From positions 1-36,243 of the IMG/VR virus record IMGVR_UViG_3300048009_000223: DNA of 36,243 nucleotides; one strand, 5' to 3'. Under the pieces are notes generated by a model. That model worked only from the letters and a program-made list of their open reading frames with translations, did no database searches and was not told the origin of the DNA. Shown here piece after piece: positions 7,296 through 15,741 of the stretch. Position numbers and translations under genes: made by a program. Within the stretch, counting starts at the first letter, position 1, and every line of letters starts with the position of its first letter. This stretch comes from a virus. Its lineage: Duplodnaviria; Caudoviricetes.

Positions 7296-7528
7296 GTAAG
7301 TTTCGAGAGCAATACTTGAAACCTACTTATTTCAAGACCAAAGACCATTGGATGGTAGGCACTGTATGGCCTGTAAAAGGTTCTAAGGATAACGAGTATA
7401 GTGTAGAACTTACAGACAAAGGTTTTACATGTGATTGTACTGGCTTTACTTTTAGAGGTAAGTGTAAGCACAGCACAGGTATTAACGAAAGAGTAGAAAG
7501 GGCAATGGATTATGATTTTAGCATATAA
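7292..7528 (+). CDS. SWIM zinc-finger protein
   Basis: YSV...CDCTGFTFRGKCKH (CxC...CxH). Confidence 0.8.
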   Translation: MSKFREQYLKPTYFKTKDHWMVGTVWPVKGSKDNEYSVELTDKGFTCDCTGFTFRGKCKHSTGINERVERAMDYDFSI

Positions 7529-7802
7529 AGACTTAGAGTTTATTCAAACAATAAACCCAATAGGAATACAATCAAAAGTACAGTTTGGCGGATACATGTT
7601 AAGTATTGTAAAGAACGAAGTTTCATATGGCGGCGAAGAAGGGCTGTATGAAATCGCTGTATACAAAGGTGATTTCCAAGAAGAACTACCTGGCATTACT
7701 AATGATAATGATACAGTAAAAGGCTTCTTGACATCCGTTGATGTCGATGCTATAATAAAGAAAATGTACTTAGTAACAGGCACAGAAGGCAAACAAATAT
7801 GA
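7512..7802 (+). CDS. hypothetical phage protein
   Basis: SIV...SYGGEEGLYEIAV...VKGFLT pattern; overlaps both neighbours. Confidence 0.7.
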   Translation: MILAYKDLEFIQTINPIGIQSKVQFGGYMLSIVKNEVSYGGEEGLYEIAVYKGDFQEELPGITNDNDTVKGFLTSVDVDAIIKKMYLVTGTEGKQI

Positions 7803-9106
7803 GAACACAACCGCAAGATATAATTGCAAGGCTAGAAGCTGACAATAGTAAGCTCGCCAAACAAGCAATTTTAAAAGAAGCACTTGAAGAAGGTGTACCA
7901 GAGTTTTTCGAAGGTATTACAATGGCACTTGATGCTCTTGTTACTTTTGGTGTTAAGCAAGTACCTGAGCGTTCAGACGTACTAACCGGACAAGGTCTTT
8001 CGTGGCCAGTGTTCAAAGAGCTTGCTGATAAACTTGCCAATCGTGAACTAACAGGACATGCGGCACGTGATGCTATCGAACTTGCAATGGGTGTTGCTAC
8101 TACAGAACAGTGGAATGGCTTTTACAGACGTATCTTAATTAAAGACTTACGATGCGGAATGAGCGAAAGGACTGTTAACAAAGTAGCACCAGGTACTGTT
8201 CCTGTGTTTACATGTAGCCTAGCACATGACTCAGCCAAGCATGAAAAGAAAATGGTTGGTAAGAAACAAATTGAAATCAAACTAGATGGTGTAAGAGTTA
8301 TTACTATCATCCGTGATAATAAAGTAGAAATGTTTAGCCGTAATGGTAAACAGTTTCATAACTTTGGTCACATCATTGAAGAAATTCAAACAGTAATTAA
8401 AGACCACCCTGTACCTTATCCGCTAGTATTAGACGGAGAGGTAATGAGTGCTAACTTCCAAGACCTTATGAAACAAGTACATCGTAAAGATGGTAAACAA
8501 ACTACTGATGCTGTATTGCATTTGTTTGATACTATTCCATTAGGCTGTTTTAACGCAGGTAGTTGGGATAAGCCACAGAGCTTTAGAAGCCAAATTACTA
8601 AGCATTGGGTAGAAGACCATGCAGACGTCTTAGAGCACGTACAAGCGTTGGACTGGGAAGATGTTGACTTGGACACACCCGAAGGCCAAGAACGCTTTGT
8701 AGCGTTAAATAAAGCGGCTGTAGACGGTGGTTACGAAGGAGTTATGATTAAGGACATTGATGCTCCTTATGAATGTAAGCGAACTCATGCATGGCTTAAA
8801 GCAAAGCCGTTCATTGAGGTAACATTGGAGGTTAAGGATGTCGAAGAAGGAACAGGACGAAACGAAGGACGACTTGGTGCATTTGTTTGTGAAGGAATTG
8901 ATGACGGAAAGAAAATTAGTGTTAATGTCGGTAGTGGCTTTACTGATGCTAATCGTGACGACTTTTGGGATAGTCGCACTAGTATCACAGGTCAACTTGT
9001 AGAAGTAAGAGCTGATGCTGTAACACAAAACCAAGACGGAACATATAGTTTACGTTTTCCAAGATTTAAAACTTTTAGAGGCTTTGAGCCCGGAGAGAAA
9101 CTATAA
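7799..9106 (+). CDS. lig: ATP-dependent DNA ligase
   Basis: KLDGVR adenylation motif, LDGE, EGVMIK, WLKAK, VGSGFTD, SLRFPRF. Confidence 0.97.
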   Translation: MRTQPQDIIARLEADNSKLAKQAILKEALEEGVPEFFEGITMALDALVTFGVKQVPERSDVLTGQGLSWPVFKELADKLANRELTGHAARDAIELAMGVATTEQWNGFYRRILIKDLRCGMSERTVNKVAPGTVPVFTCSLAHDSAKHEKKMVGKKQIEIKLDGVRVITIIRDNKVEMFSRNGKQFHNFGHIIEEIQTVIKDHPVPYPLVLDGEVMSANFQDLMKQVHRKDGKQTTDAVLHLFDTIPLGCFNAGSWDKPQSFRSQITKHWVEDHADVLEHVQALDWEDVDLDTPEGQERFVALNKAAVDGGYEGVMIKDIDAPYECKRTHAWLKAKPFIEVTLEVKDVEEGTGRNEGRLGAFVCEGIDDGKKISVNVGSGFTDANRDDFWDSRTSITGQLVEVRADAVTQNQDGTYSLRFPRFKTFRGFEPGEKL

Positions 9107-9207
9107 TGGATAGTATTCAAATACTATTCTTTAGTCTACTAGTTGTTACATGGGCCTCATATGGCATGCATGTAATAAAAGAATTTATAAGAAATCACAT
9201 TGATTAG
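9106..9207 (+). CDS. 33-aa single-TM peptide
   Basis: MDSIQILFFSLLVVTWASYGMHVIKEFIRNHID; TAATG coupling to ligase, GGAG upstream. Confidence 0.55.
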   Translation: MDSIQILFFSLLVVTWASYGMHVIKEFIRNHID

Positions 9208-9217
9208 GAGAAAGGAA

Positions 9218-9626
9218 ATGATAGAACCAGCAATCAAAAAACCAAGTCTGTTTAGACGAACTATGATGAGCCTTGTTAATGGTTGGAGGCGTGTAATGGA
9301 TGTCAAATATAATCCATTGAAATATATCCCAGACCCGAGTTTACAGACATACTTCATGTTAGTGCTGTTTACTATTTGGAGTGTATGGTTCGGCTTCTTA
9401 GCCGCAAACTACTTGTTGGTTTGGATATAATACAGTAGCAAGTATCATTGTTCATATAGCAATCCTTGTACCACTAGCAATGACTAATGCAATCTTTGTA
9501 GATGCAGAACGTGATGGTCACAAATGGTTAAAGGAATGGAAAGAAGAACAGTCAAGGTACAACATTGTAGTGAATAGACTTAGAACTAAAAACCTAACAT
9601 TATGGGACCCTAACAAAGAGGCATAG
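9218..9626 (+). pseudogene. membrane-protein gene split by a frameshift near 9416 (pseudogene or assembly indel)
   Basis: Frame from ATG 9218 stops at 9430; the +1 frame is open 9402-9626 (WFGYNTVASIIVHIAILVPLAMTNAIFVDAERDG...WDPNKEA) and continues the hydrophobic pattern. Confidence 0.6.
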
Positions 9627-9627
9627 A

Positions 9628-9744
9628 ATGGAAAATTTAGGATTAATTATTGGAATAGGCTGTGTAATGATGTGTCCAATGATATTTGGCGCAATCACAG
9701 CAATCAAGTCAATTGAAGCATCTAAAATGTGGTGGGAAGAATGA
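9628..9744 (+). CDS. 38-aa membrane peptide
   Basis: MENLGLIIGIGCVMMCPMIFGAITAIKSIEASKMWWEE; GAGG RBS, ATGA overlap. Confidence 0.55.
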   Translation: MENLGLIIGIGCVMMCPMIFGAITAIKSIEASKMWWEE

Positions 9745-9974
9745 AAAAGATTATGTACTTCCTTAAATGGAACTTCACTGATATGCAAGGATATTCAAAA
9801 CGATATCTTTCGTACCTTGCACTAGGTTTGGCAGCCTCATTTACCATCGGAGCAGAATATTTCTACATTGCTCCAATGTTTATGTTTATTGATTTTACAA
9901 TAGACATTGTTCGTCAACGTTATCAAGACTTCAAAGACGAACAACAAAAAATTATCGACGACTTATCTAAGTAA
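9741..9974 (+). CDS. membrane protein
   Basis: Start at ATG 9741 (ATGA overlap); hydrophobic core. Confidence 0.65.
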   Translation: MKKIMYFLKWNFTDMQGYSKRYLSYLALGLAASFTIGAEYFYIAPMFMFIDFTIDIVRQRYQDFKDEQQKIIDDLSK

Positions 9975-10210
9975 TGGAACGGCATGTCTTACACGTCTTT
10001 ACAATGGGGGACGTGGAAGACCCCGACCTCTACATTTCACCTGCAATATTTGAATGGCAACAGACCCCAAACGGCAAGTGGGCAACGAAACACGGTAGTG
10101 ATTTAAAATACCACATTTACCCCGATGATTATTCAATGGGGTATAAAGTAAAAGTAACAGGACTGTTTGAAGATAAGCATTTAACATATTTAAGACTAAT
10201 TAATAGTTGA
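9974..10210 (+). CDS. hypothetical phage protein
   Basis: HVFTMGDVEDPDLY...EWQQTPNGKW; TAATG coupling. Confidence 0.7.
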   Translation: MERHVLHVFTMGDVEDPDLYISPAIFEWQQTPNGKWATKHGSDLKYHIYPDDYSMGYKVKVTGLFEDKHLTYLRLINS

Positions 10211-10235
10211 CTTTTTGCGTTAAAGCATATATACT
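10207..10235 (+). promoter_or_regulatory. sigma70-type promoter
   Basis: TTGACT(10207)-17 bp-TATACT(10230), followed by GGAG and ATG 10268. Confidence 0.75.
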
Positions 10236-10267
10236 TTTTGTAACAGCATTTTTGGAGAACTAGAAAA

Positions 10268-11569
10268 ATGGCATTGCCTAAAACTAAAAGAAAGAAGCCT
10301 AGAGCTGCTCCCCGAATACAACGTGGGGCAAAACTTAAAGAGCCGGATTGGGAAGGTTGGGAAGAATGGACTGGTGAGCAGATCCATAAACATCGTCGGT
10401 ATGTACACTCTTGGTACTACGAGCATTTCAAGCCAGTAGACTTGTATGCTAACGTTCCTAAGTGGATGACTGACAACGAATATTCTAAAGACGATATTAA
10501 GGCTGTTAAAGCTGCACCCAATAATGCGTTAAGTATAACAGCGGGCATTGTAGCACGAATGGATACCAAAGGTGCACCTAGACTAAACAAGAAAGAAGCA
10601 GATCACTGGCTAAGTTTGCCAGGAACTGGTGGAGAACTAACTTGTGGTGTAGATAGATTCTTACGTAACTCTGTTGCTAAGTGTATTAAAGTTGGTGAAA
10701 AGGTACTTGCTGAAAAGAAAGAAGAACAAGAAGTAGAAGCAAAGACTGTTGCAAAGCCAGTACTAACAATCCAAGACCGTATACAAATGCAAGCACATGC
10801 CGCTTGCGAGCAAGTAGACTTATGGTTAGATCAATATGTAGACAAACCTGAAACATGGAAACTAGAAGGATTTGATGTAAAGTCGCACTTTATAAAGAAC
10901 AAAGTTACACAAGCTCATGCTAGAAAGATTAAAGACATCTATAAGCCCGAACTAGATGAAATTGTAGAATGGCACAATATGCCTACACCAGCACAGCTCA
11001 AAAAGATGGACGAGCATACAGCAGATATGTGGGCTCAGCTAAAAGAAGGCTACGAACACCGCAACAAAAAGTATATGGCTACATGGCTTAAAGCATTAGA
11101 AAAGATTATGCAAGCATGTGATATGATTATTGAAAGTGCAAAAGCAACACGTAGACCACGTAAAGCGAAAGTATATAGTGCAGAGAAACTTGTACAAAAG
11201 ATGAAGTTTAAGAAGCAAGACGACAAGTACAGTCTTGTAAGTATTAACCCTGCAGACATCATATATGCTAACGAGCTTTGGGTGTTTAACACTAAGACAC
11301 GTAAGATAGGCAAGTATGTTGCTAAAGATCCTGATCCGCAAAAAATGCAACGACCAGGTAGTGGACTTCAAGTTAAAGGAACTACAATTATAGGATTCCA
11401 TGAAGAAGAAAGCATACAAAAGACGCTACGTAAGCCGGATGATCAACTAAAAGACTTTAAAAATGCAGGTAAAGTAGCATTACGAAAGTTCATGGACGAT
11501 ATTAAAACAACGGATACAAAATTGAATGGACGTATTAATGCGGAAATCATACTACTGAAGGTTTCTTGA
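10268..11569 (+). CDS. large basic hypothetical protein (myovirus-type)
   Basis: 433 aa, Lys-rich; C-terminal SINPxxII.A.ELWVFNTKTRK...VKGTTI.GF...QKTLRKP...NGRIN pattern. Confidence 0.85.
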   Translation: MALPKTKRKKPRAAPRIQRGAKLKEPDWEGWEEWTGEQIHKHRRYVHSWYYEHFKPVDLYANVPKWMTDNEYSKDDIKAVKAAPNNALSITAGIVARMDTKGAPRLNKKEADHWLSLPGTGGELTCGVDRFLRNSVAKCIKVGEKVLAEKKEEQEVEAKTVAKPVLTIQDRIQMQAHAACEQVDLWLDQYVDKPETWKLEGFDVKSHFIKNKVTQAHARKIKDIYKPELDEIVEWHNMPTPAQLKKMDEHTADMWAQLKEGYEHRNKKYMATWLKALEKIMQACDMIIESAKATRRPRKAKVYSAEKLVQKMKFKKQDDKYSLVSINPADIIYANELWVFNTKTRKIGKYVAKDPDPQKMQRPGSGLQVKGTTIIGFHEEESIQKTLRKPDDQLKDFKNAGKVALRKFMDDIKTTDTKLNGRINAEIILLKVS

Positions 11570-11575
11570 TAAATA
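11568..11575 (+). promoter_or_regulatory. T4-type late promoter motif
   Basis: GATAAATA, 5 nt before ATG 11581. Confidence 0.65.
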
Positions 11576-11580
11576 CTTAC

Positions 11581-12714
11581 ATGAAGCAATTAGATCCCAA
11601 TAAAGTTCGCATCGCTGTAGACGGACTACCAATACTAGCAGAAGTAGTCAACGCACTCGCTGAAGTTGATCAAACGCCTGATATGTCAAAACTAGCACTT
11701 AACAGTCTTAGTGGAGATTTAATTCAAGGTGGAACTATAACGAAGTTCACAAGCACAGGTATTAAAGACGAATCCAGCAGACTAGTTGTATTTGTAAACG
11801 ATGATGGCATTGTTACAGATACTATTGACGTAGAAACATTAATTGGCGAAACTAATGTGTCAGGCGATCTTAAAGTTGATGGCGAAATATATGCTAAGAA
11901 ACTACATGTTGATGAAGTTACAGCAGATGTCAGAAACGAACGTTCGGGACCATTAGAGTTTAATGATGCTGACGGCAACATTTACAATAAAGGATTGCTT
12001 TGGGTCCAAAAGGAAGGACCAACTAAACAACTTGTATATAGACCTAATCCAGATAGACTTTGGAGTAGTGATGCTATTGATCTACATGCAGATGCTGCTT
12101 ACTTAGTAAACGGCAACTATGTGTTAAACAAAGACTCACTAGGTCCTGATGTAAAGACAAGTAGTTTAAAACAACTTGGCATATTAAATGAACTTACAGT
12201 AAAAGGTAATATGTCACTAAGTCAGCACCTATTTTGGAACGCTGACGCTGACAGACTAGGCCTAGGCACAGATGCACCAAACGGTGCAATAGGTGTAATG
12301 GGCTTTGATTCAGAATTTGTTGTAGATGTAGATCAACCTGAAGTTAGGATTGGTACATACACAACACACGATTTAGAAATCATCACAGATGATACTCCCC
12401 GCATTACATTATCAGCAAATGGTAAAGTACACTTCGGAACTAAAGGCGGAGACAGTGCAAGAGTTACTGTCCACGGCAAGTTAGGCGTAGGTGTAAACCA
12501 AGTTGCAGACGATACTAGTTTTGCAGTTGCAGGCCCTATACGATTTGAAAACAAAAAGTTTCAAGTAGGAGAAGGAACACCAACAGAAGGACAATACCGC
12601 AAAGGCGATATTGTTTGGAATGACGATCCTAAACCTACAAGTTATATAGGCTGGGTGTGCATAAGAGAAGGCACCCCTGGAGAATGGAAGCCCTTTGGGC
12701 AAATTTCTTCATAG
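11581..12714 (+). CDS. putative virion/tail-fiber-associated protein
   Basis: Beta-repeat sequence (RLGLGTDAP, KLGVGVN) and C-terminal PTEGQYRKGDIVWNxxP...GWVCxxxGTPGEWKPFG module typical of fiber/spike ends; late motif upstream. Confidence 0.7.
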   Translation: MKQLDPNKVRIAVDGLPILAEVVNALAEVDQTPDMSKLALNSLSGDLIQGGTITKFTSTGIKDESSRLVVFVNDDGIVTDTIDVETLIGETNVSGDLKVDGEIYAKKLHVDEVTADVRNERSGPLEFNDADGNIYNKGLLWVQKEGPTKQLVYRPNPDRLWSSDAIDLHADAAYLVNGNYVLNKDSLGPDVKTSSLKQLGILNELTVKGNMSLSQHLFWNADADRLGLGTDAPNGAIGVMGFDSEFVVDVDQPEVRIGTYTTHDLEIITDDTPRITLSANGKVHFGTKGGDSARVTVHGKLGVGVNQVADDTSFAVAGPIRFENKKFQVGEGTPTEGQYRKGDIVWNDDPKPTSYIGWVCIREGTPGEWKPFGQISS

Positions 12715-12746
12715 AAATATTACTGCATAACTTTCCAAAAACCTCA

Positions 12747-12754
12747 AATAAATA
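12747..12754 (+). promoter_or_regulatory. late promoter motif
   Basis: AATAAATA in the intergenic gap; followed by a 10-bp hairpin (12761-12783) and an AAAGGGAG RBS. Confidence 0.5.
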
Positions 12755-12803
12755 TTAATGCTAAAGTATAGTTTATATTTTAGAAAGGGAGTATAATTAA
12801 TAT

Positions 12804-13097
12804 ATGAAAAAAATTGATAAAACATTGCGTGAGGCATCATACTGGGTGTATGCGGCATGGACAGCACCATTTGTCGCATTGGCAGTTCTTATAGGCGAAA
12901 TTTTAATAGGCACAGACACAGTACTAGGAGCAACTAGTATTGCTGTAGTAGTCACTTTTGTAACCACTAGTGTATTTTGGTGGTGGTGGGCAATTACCAA
13001 AATTGTTTACATGGTAAAAATGACGGCAACGGTCGAACAGAACTTTGACGAACTTAAAAAAGAATTAATAAAGTTAAACAAAGACCTTAATAAATAA
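12804..13097 (+). CDS. 2-TM membrane protein with C-terminal coiled coil
   Basis: Two hydrophobic helices, FWWWWA, then NFDELKKELIKL. Confidence 0.7.
   Translation: MKKIDKTLREASYWVYAAWTAPFVALAVLIGEILIGTDTVLGATSIAVVVTFVTTSVFWWWWAITKIVYMVKMTATVEQNFDELKKELIKLNKDLNK
13089..13096 (+). promoter_or_regulatory. late promoter motif
   Basis: AATAAATA, 5 nt before ATG 13102. Confidence 0.55.
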
Positions 13098-13101
13098 TTA
13101 C

Positions 13102-13692
13102 ATGTATGTATTTGGAAACGGTGAAAGCCGTCAAGGTTTTGATGTCTCACGTTGTTATGGCCCTAAAGTAGGGTGTAACGCTATTATGAGAGACTATGAA
13201 ATGGATCACCTCGTTTGTGTAGACAAGCGTATGGTTGAAGAATCTATTGAAAGAGGCGTTAACCAACATACTATAGTTTATACTAGGTATGACTGGTTTC
13301 CAAGATACAAGAAACACACTAACATAAGACAACTACCCGACTTGCCCTACAAAGGCAATGAACGTTGGGACGAACCATTCCAATGGGGTAGCGGTCCTTA
13401 TGCTGTCCTTATTGCCACTCAAAAGGCAAAGAATGAAACTGTTCATTTGATAGGCTTTGATCAATACAGTAGCACATTGAAAGTAAACAACATATACAAA
13501 GATACTAGAAACTATGATAGAGCAGACAAACGTGCTGTAGATCCTCGTTACTGGATACATCAAATAGGCAAAGTATTTGAATGTTATGCAAAAACTAACT
13601 TTGTAGTATATGATTTACATGAAAAAATGCAAAAAGCCTGGAATTACCCTAATGTTTCTCTTGACAAACTAAGTAATATATCGTATAATTAA
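13102..13692 (+). CDS. DUF115/MAF/MptE-like Rossmann-fold (sialyltransferase-like) protein
   Basis: FGNGESR, GCNAxxRD, LVCVD, WGSGPYA, HLIGFD motifs. Confidence 0.6.
   Translation: MYVFGNGESRQGFDVSRCYGPKVGCNAIMRDYEMDHLVCVDKRMVEESIERGVNQHTIVYTRYDWFPRYKKHTNIRQLPDLPYKGNERWDEPFQWGSGPYAVLIATQKAKNETVHLIGFDQYSSTLKVNNIYKDTRNYDRADKRAVDPRYWIHQIGKVFECYAKTNFVVYDLHEKMQKAWNYPNVSLDKLSNISYN
13661..13689 (+). promoter_or_regulatory. sigma70 consensus promoter of the queD-like operon
   Basis: TTGACA(13661)-17 bp-TATAAT(13684). Confidence 0.88.
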
Positions 13693-13694
13693 AC

Positions 13695-13747
13695 AATGAG
13701 GACTTATACGTCGACCCTCTTTAAATACTCCGCCGTTTTATAGGAGA
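13695..13747 (+). promoter_or_regulatory. candidate riboswitch-like leader (preQ1-I-like pseudoknot)
   Basis: GAGG/CCTC stem at the predicted transcript start, loop ending in AC, A-rich tail, and loop CTTATA complementary to TATAGG overlapping the RBS. Confidence 0.45.
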
Positions 13748-13755
13748 AAATTATT

Positions 13756-14241
13756 ATGGCATATTACAGTACAAAAACATACGGACACAACATCGGACTA
13801 TCAGCGGTGTTCCGTCAACCAAAAGCAATGCATTCACATTGTCATTTACTTCATGGCTATAGTTTACAGTTTAAATTTGTGTTTGGGTGTTCAGACCTAG
13901 ATGAGAAAAACTGGGCTGTTGACTTCGGTGGATTGAAACCGTTAAAGGCTTGGCTTGAAGATAGTTTTGATCACAAGACAGCAATTGATATTGCAGACCC
14001 AGAACTAGAAACTTTTAAAGCACTAGAAGAAAAAGGTCTAGCAGAGATTAGAACTTTTGATGGTGTTGGTTGTGAGAAGTTTGCATATCACGCATGGAAG
14101 TTTGCTGATCAGCTCATTAGAGAAATTAGTGACGGACGTTGCTGGTGTGAGAGTGCAGAGTGTGCAGAACATGGCGCCAACTCAGCAATCTATACTCCAT
14201 ACACAACTCAAAAGATGTCTGTTGCCGATGGCAAAGATTGA
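13756..14241 (+). CDS. queD: 6-pyruvoyl-tetrahydropterin synthase / QueD-family T-fold protein
   Basis: HCxLLHGYS, WAVDFGGLK, FDHK, GCEKFA, EHGANSAIY; AGGAG RBS. Confidence 0.85.
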   Translation: MAYYSTKTYGHNIGLSAVFRQPKAMHSHCHLLHGYSLQFKFVFGCSDLDEKNWAVDFGGLKPLKAWLEDSFDHKTAIDIADPELETFKALEEKGLAEIRTFDGVGCEKFAYHAWKFADQLIREISDGRCWCESAECAEHGANSAIYTPYTTQKMSVADGKD

Positions 14242-15037
14242 TAAGAGTCAATACACTAAAGAAGAGTGGTTAAGGATTAAGGCAGAGCGCAGAGAAGCAA
14301 AAGCCCAACAACACTTAGCCACTATTCCACAGGACTATTATATTTTGTGTTTGAAACATGGCACAAAATATAGTCCTGATTATGTAAACAAGTTATACAA
14401 TATGTGTAAGCGTCATTGTACGCTAGACTTTAAGTTTGCTTGTCTTACAGACGATCCAATGGGCTTAGACCCTAATATTCAAATATTAACTTTACCTAGT
14501 GGCCTTGCTGGCTGGTGGTGTAAGCCTTACATGTTTTCAAAAGACTTGCCTATTAAAGGCACTATACTTTACCTAGACTTAGATGTTGTTATTAGCGGCA
14601 ACTTAGACAAGTTGTTAACTTGGCAACCCAATCATTGGTGTACCGTAAGAGACTACACAAGAGCAATGCGTCCAGGATATCAAAAGTATAACAGTAGTGT
14701 TGTTAAATTTAAAACAGGCGAACTAGACTTTGTATGGGACAAGTATCAAAAGGACCCAAAGAGCTATCAGAAGTTATTCTTTGGTGACCAAGACTACTTG
14801 TATGATGTTACATACAAAACAAAAGCGGCTATGTTGTATCCAGACAGTTGGACACAGAGTTGGAAATGGGAAGTTCGTAGAGATAAATCATTTGCTCCGG
14901 GTGGAGTAAGAGGTAATAGAACATTTAAAGAAATAGAAAATGTTGTACCTAGAGTAGAATGTTGTGTATGCGTTTTTCATGGAGATCCTAATCCGGAAAA
15001 TTGCAAAGACCCATGGGTGATAGAAAATTGGAAATAA
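14228..15037 (+). CDS. GT-A fold glycosyltransferase (GT8-like)
   Basis: CLKHGTKYSPDYVNKL, CLTDD, GWWxK, LYLDLDVVI (DxD), YNSSV, GDQDY, FHGDPNP; start at ATG 14228, overlapping the end of queD. Confidence 0.85.
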   Translation: MAKIDKSQYTKEEWLRIKAERREAKAQQHLATIPQDYYILCLKHGTKYSPDYVNKLYNMCKRHCTLDFKFACLTDDPMGLDPNIQILTLPSGLAGWWCKPYMFSKDLPIKGTILYLDLDVVISGNLDKLLTWQPNHWCTVRDYTRAMRPGYQKYNSSVVKFKTGELDFVWDKYQKDPKSYQKLFFGDQDYLYDVTYKTKAAMLYPDSWTQSWKWEVRRDKSFAPGGVRGNRTFKEIENVVPRVECCVCVFHGDPNPENCKDPWVIENWK

Positions 15038-15741
15038 AGAAACATTACATTTTTGATGTTGACGGAACACTAACTCCTAGTCGCGGACAAATGGACTTAC
15101 AGTTTAGAGCGTTCTTTAATACATTTTGTTTAGTAAACAATGTTTACCTTGTTACAGGTAGCGACAAACCTAAAACAGTAGAGCAAATTACGGAACCAAC
15201 GTACAACTTAGCAAAACGTGTGTATAACTGTTCAGGCTGTGATGTCTGGGAAGGTAAGACACACATAAGAGCATCGCATTGGGTACTTCCTGAAGATGCA
15301 CACGAATGGTTAAGTATTAAACTTACAGAAAGTCCTTTTACAATACGTTCGGGCTTACACTTTGAACATCGTCCAGGTATGGTTAACTACAGCATAGTAG
15401 GCCGTAATGCTAATAAAGAGCAACGTGCAGAGTATGTAGCATATGATACATCTGAAGACGAACGAAACAAAATAGCGAAGTCATTTAACAAATTGTTTCC
15501 TGAACTAGAAGCACGTCCGGGTGGTGAAACAGGCATTGATATTGCTCCCAAAGGAAGTGATAAGAGTCAAATATTAGTTGACTTTGATCCTAAAGATGAA
15601 CTATATTTCTTTGGTGATAGAATGGATATTGCAGGTAATGACTATCCTCTAGCAAAACAAATCATTGACAATGACTTGGGTATGTGCTATAATGTAGACA
15701 ACTACAAAGAAACTTGGAAACTACTCGATGAACAATCTTAA
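15028..15741 (+). CDS. HAD-superfamily phosphomannomutase (eukaryotic PMM-type)
   Basis: FDVDGTLTPSR, VTGSD, EHRPGMVNYSIVGRNA, GGETGIDI.PKG.DK, FFGDR...GNDYP; exact start uncertain (TTG 15028 or ATG 15013). Confidence 0.85.
   Translation: MEIKKHYIFDVDGTLTPSRGQMDLQFRAFFNTFCLVNNVYLVTGSDKPKTVEQITEPTYNLAKRVYNCSGCDVWEGKTHIRASHWVLPEDAHEWLSIKLTESPFTIRSGLHFEHRPGMVNYSIVGRNANKEQRAEYVAYDTSEDERNKIAKSFNKLFPELEARPGGETGIDIAPKGSDKSQILVDFDPKDELYFFGDRMDIAGNDYPLAKQIIDNDLGMCYNVDNYKETWKLLDEQS

Noticed and set aside
12758-12796. 12-codon upstream ORF MLKYSLYFRKGV
   Set aside because: ATG is only 3 nt from the late motif, probably upstream of the transcript start, and there is no other support.
587-15027. Longer ORF-track starts at 587, 3540, 6067, 9200, 9729, 11566, 14057 and 15001
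   Set aside because: They overlap upstream genes or promoters; downstream starts have better RBS, coupling or promoter context.
13756-15741. A complete 7-deazaguanine DNA modification system
   Set aside because: No dpdA, folE, queE or queC in this window, so it cannot be claimed from this sequence.
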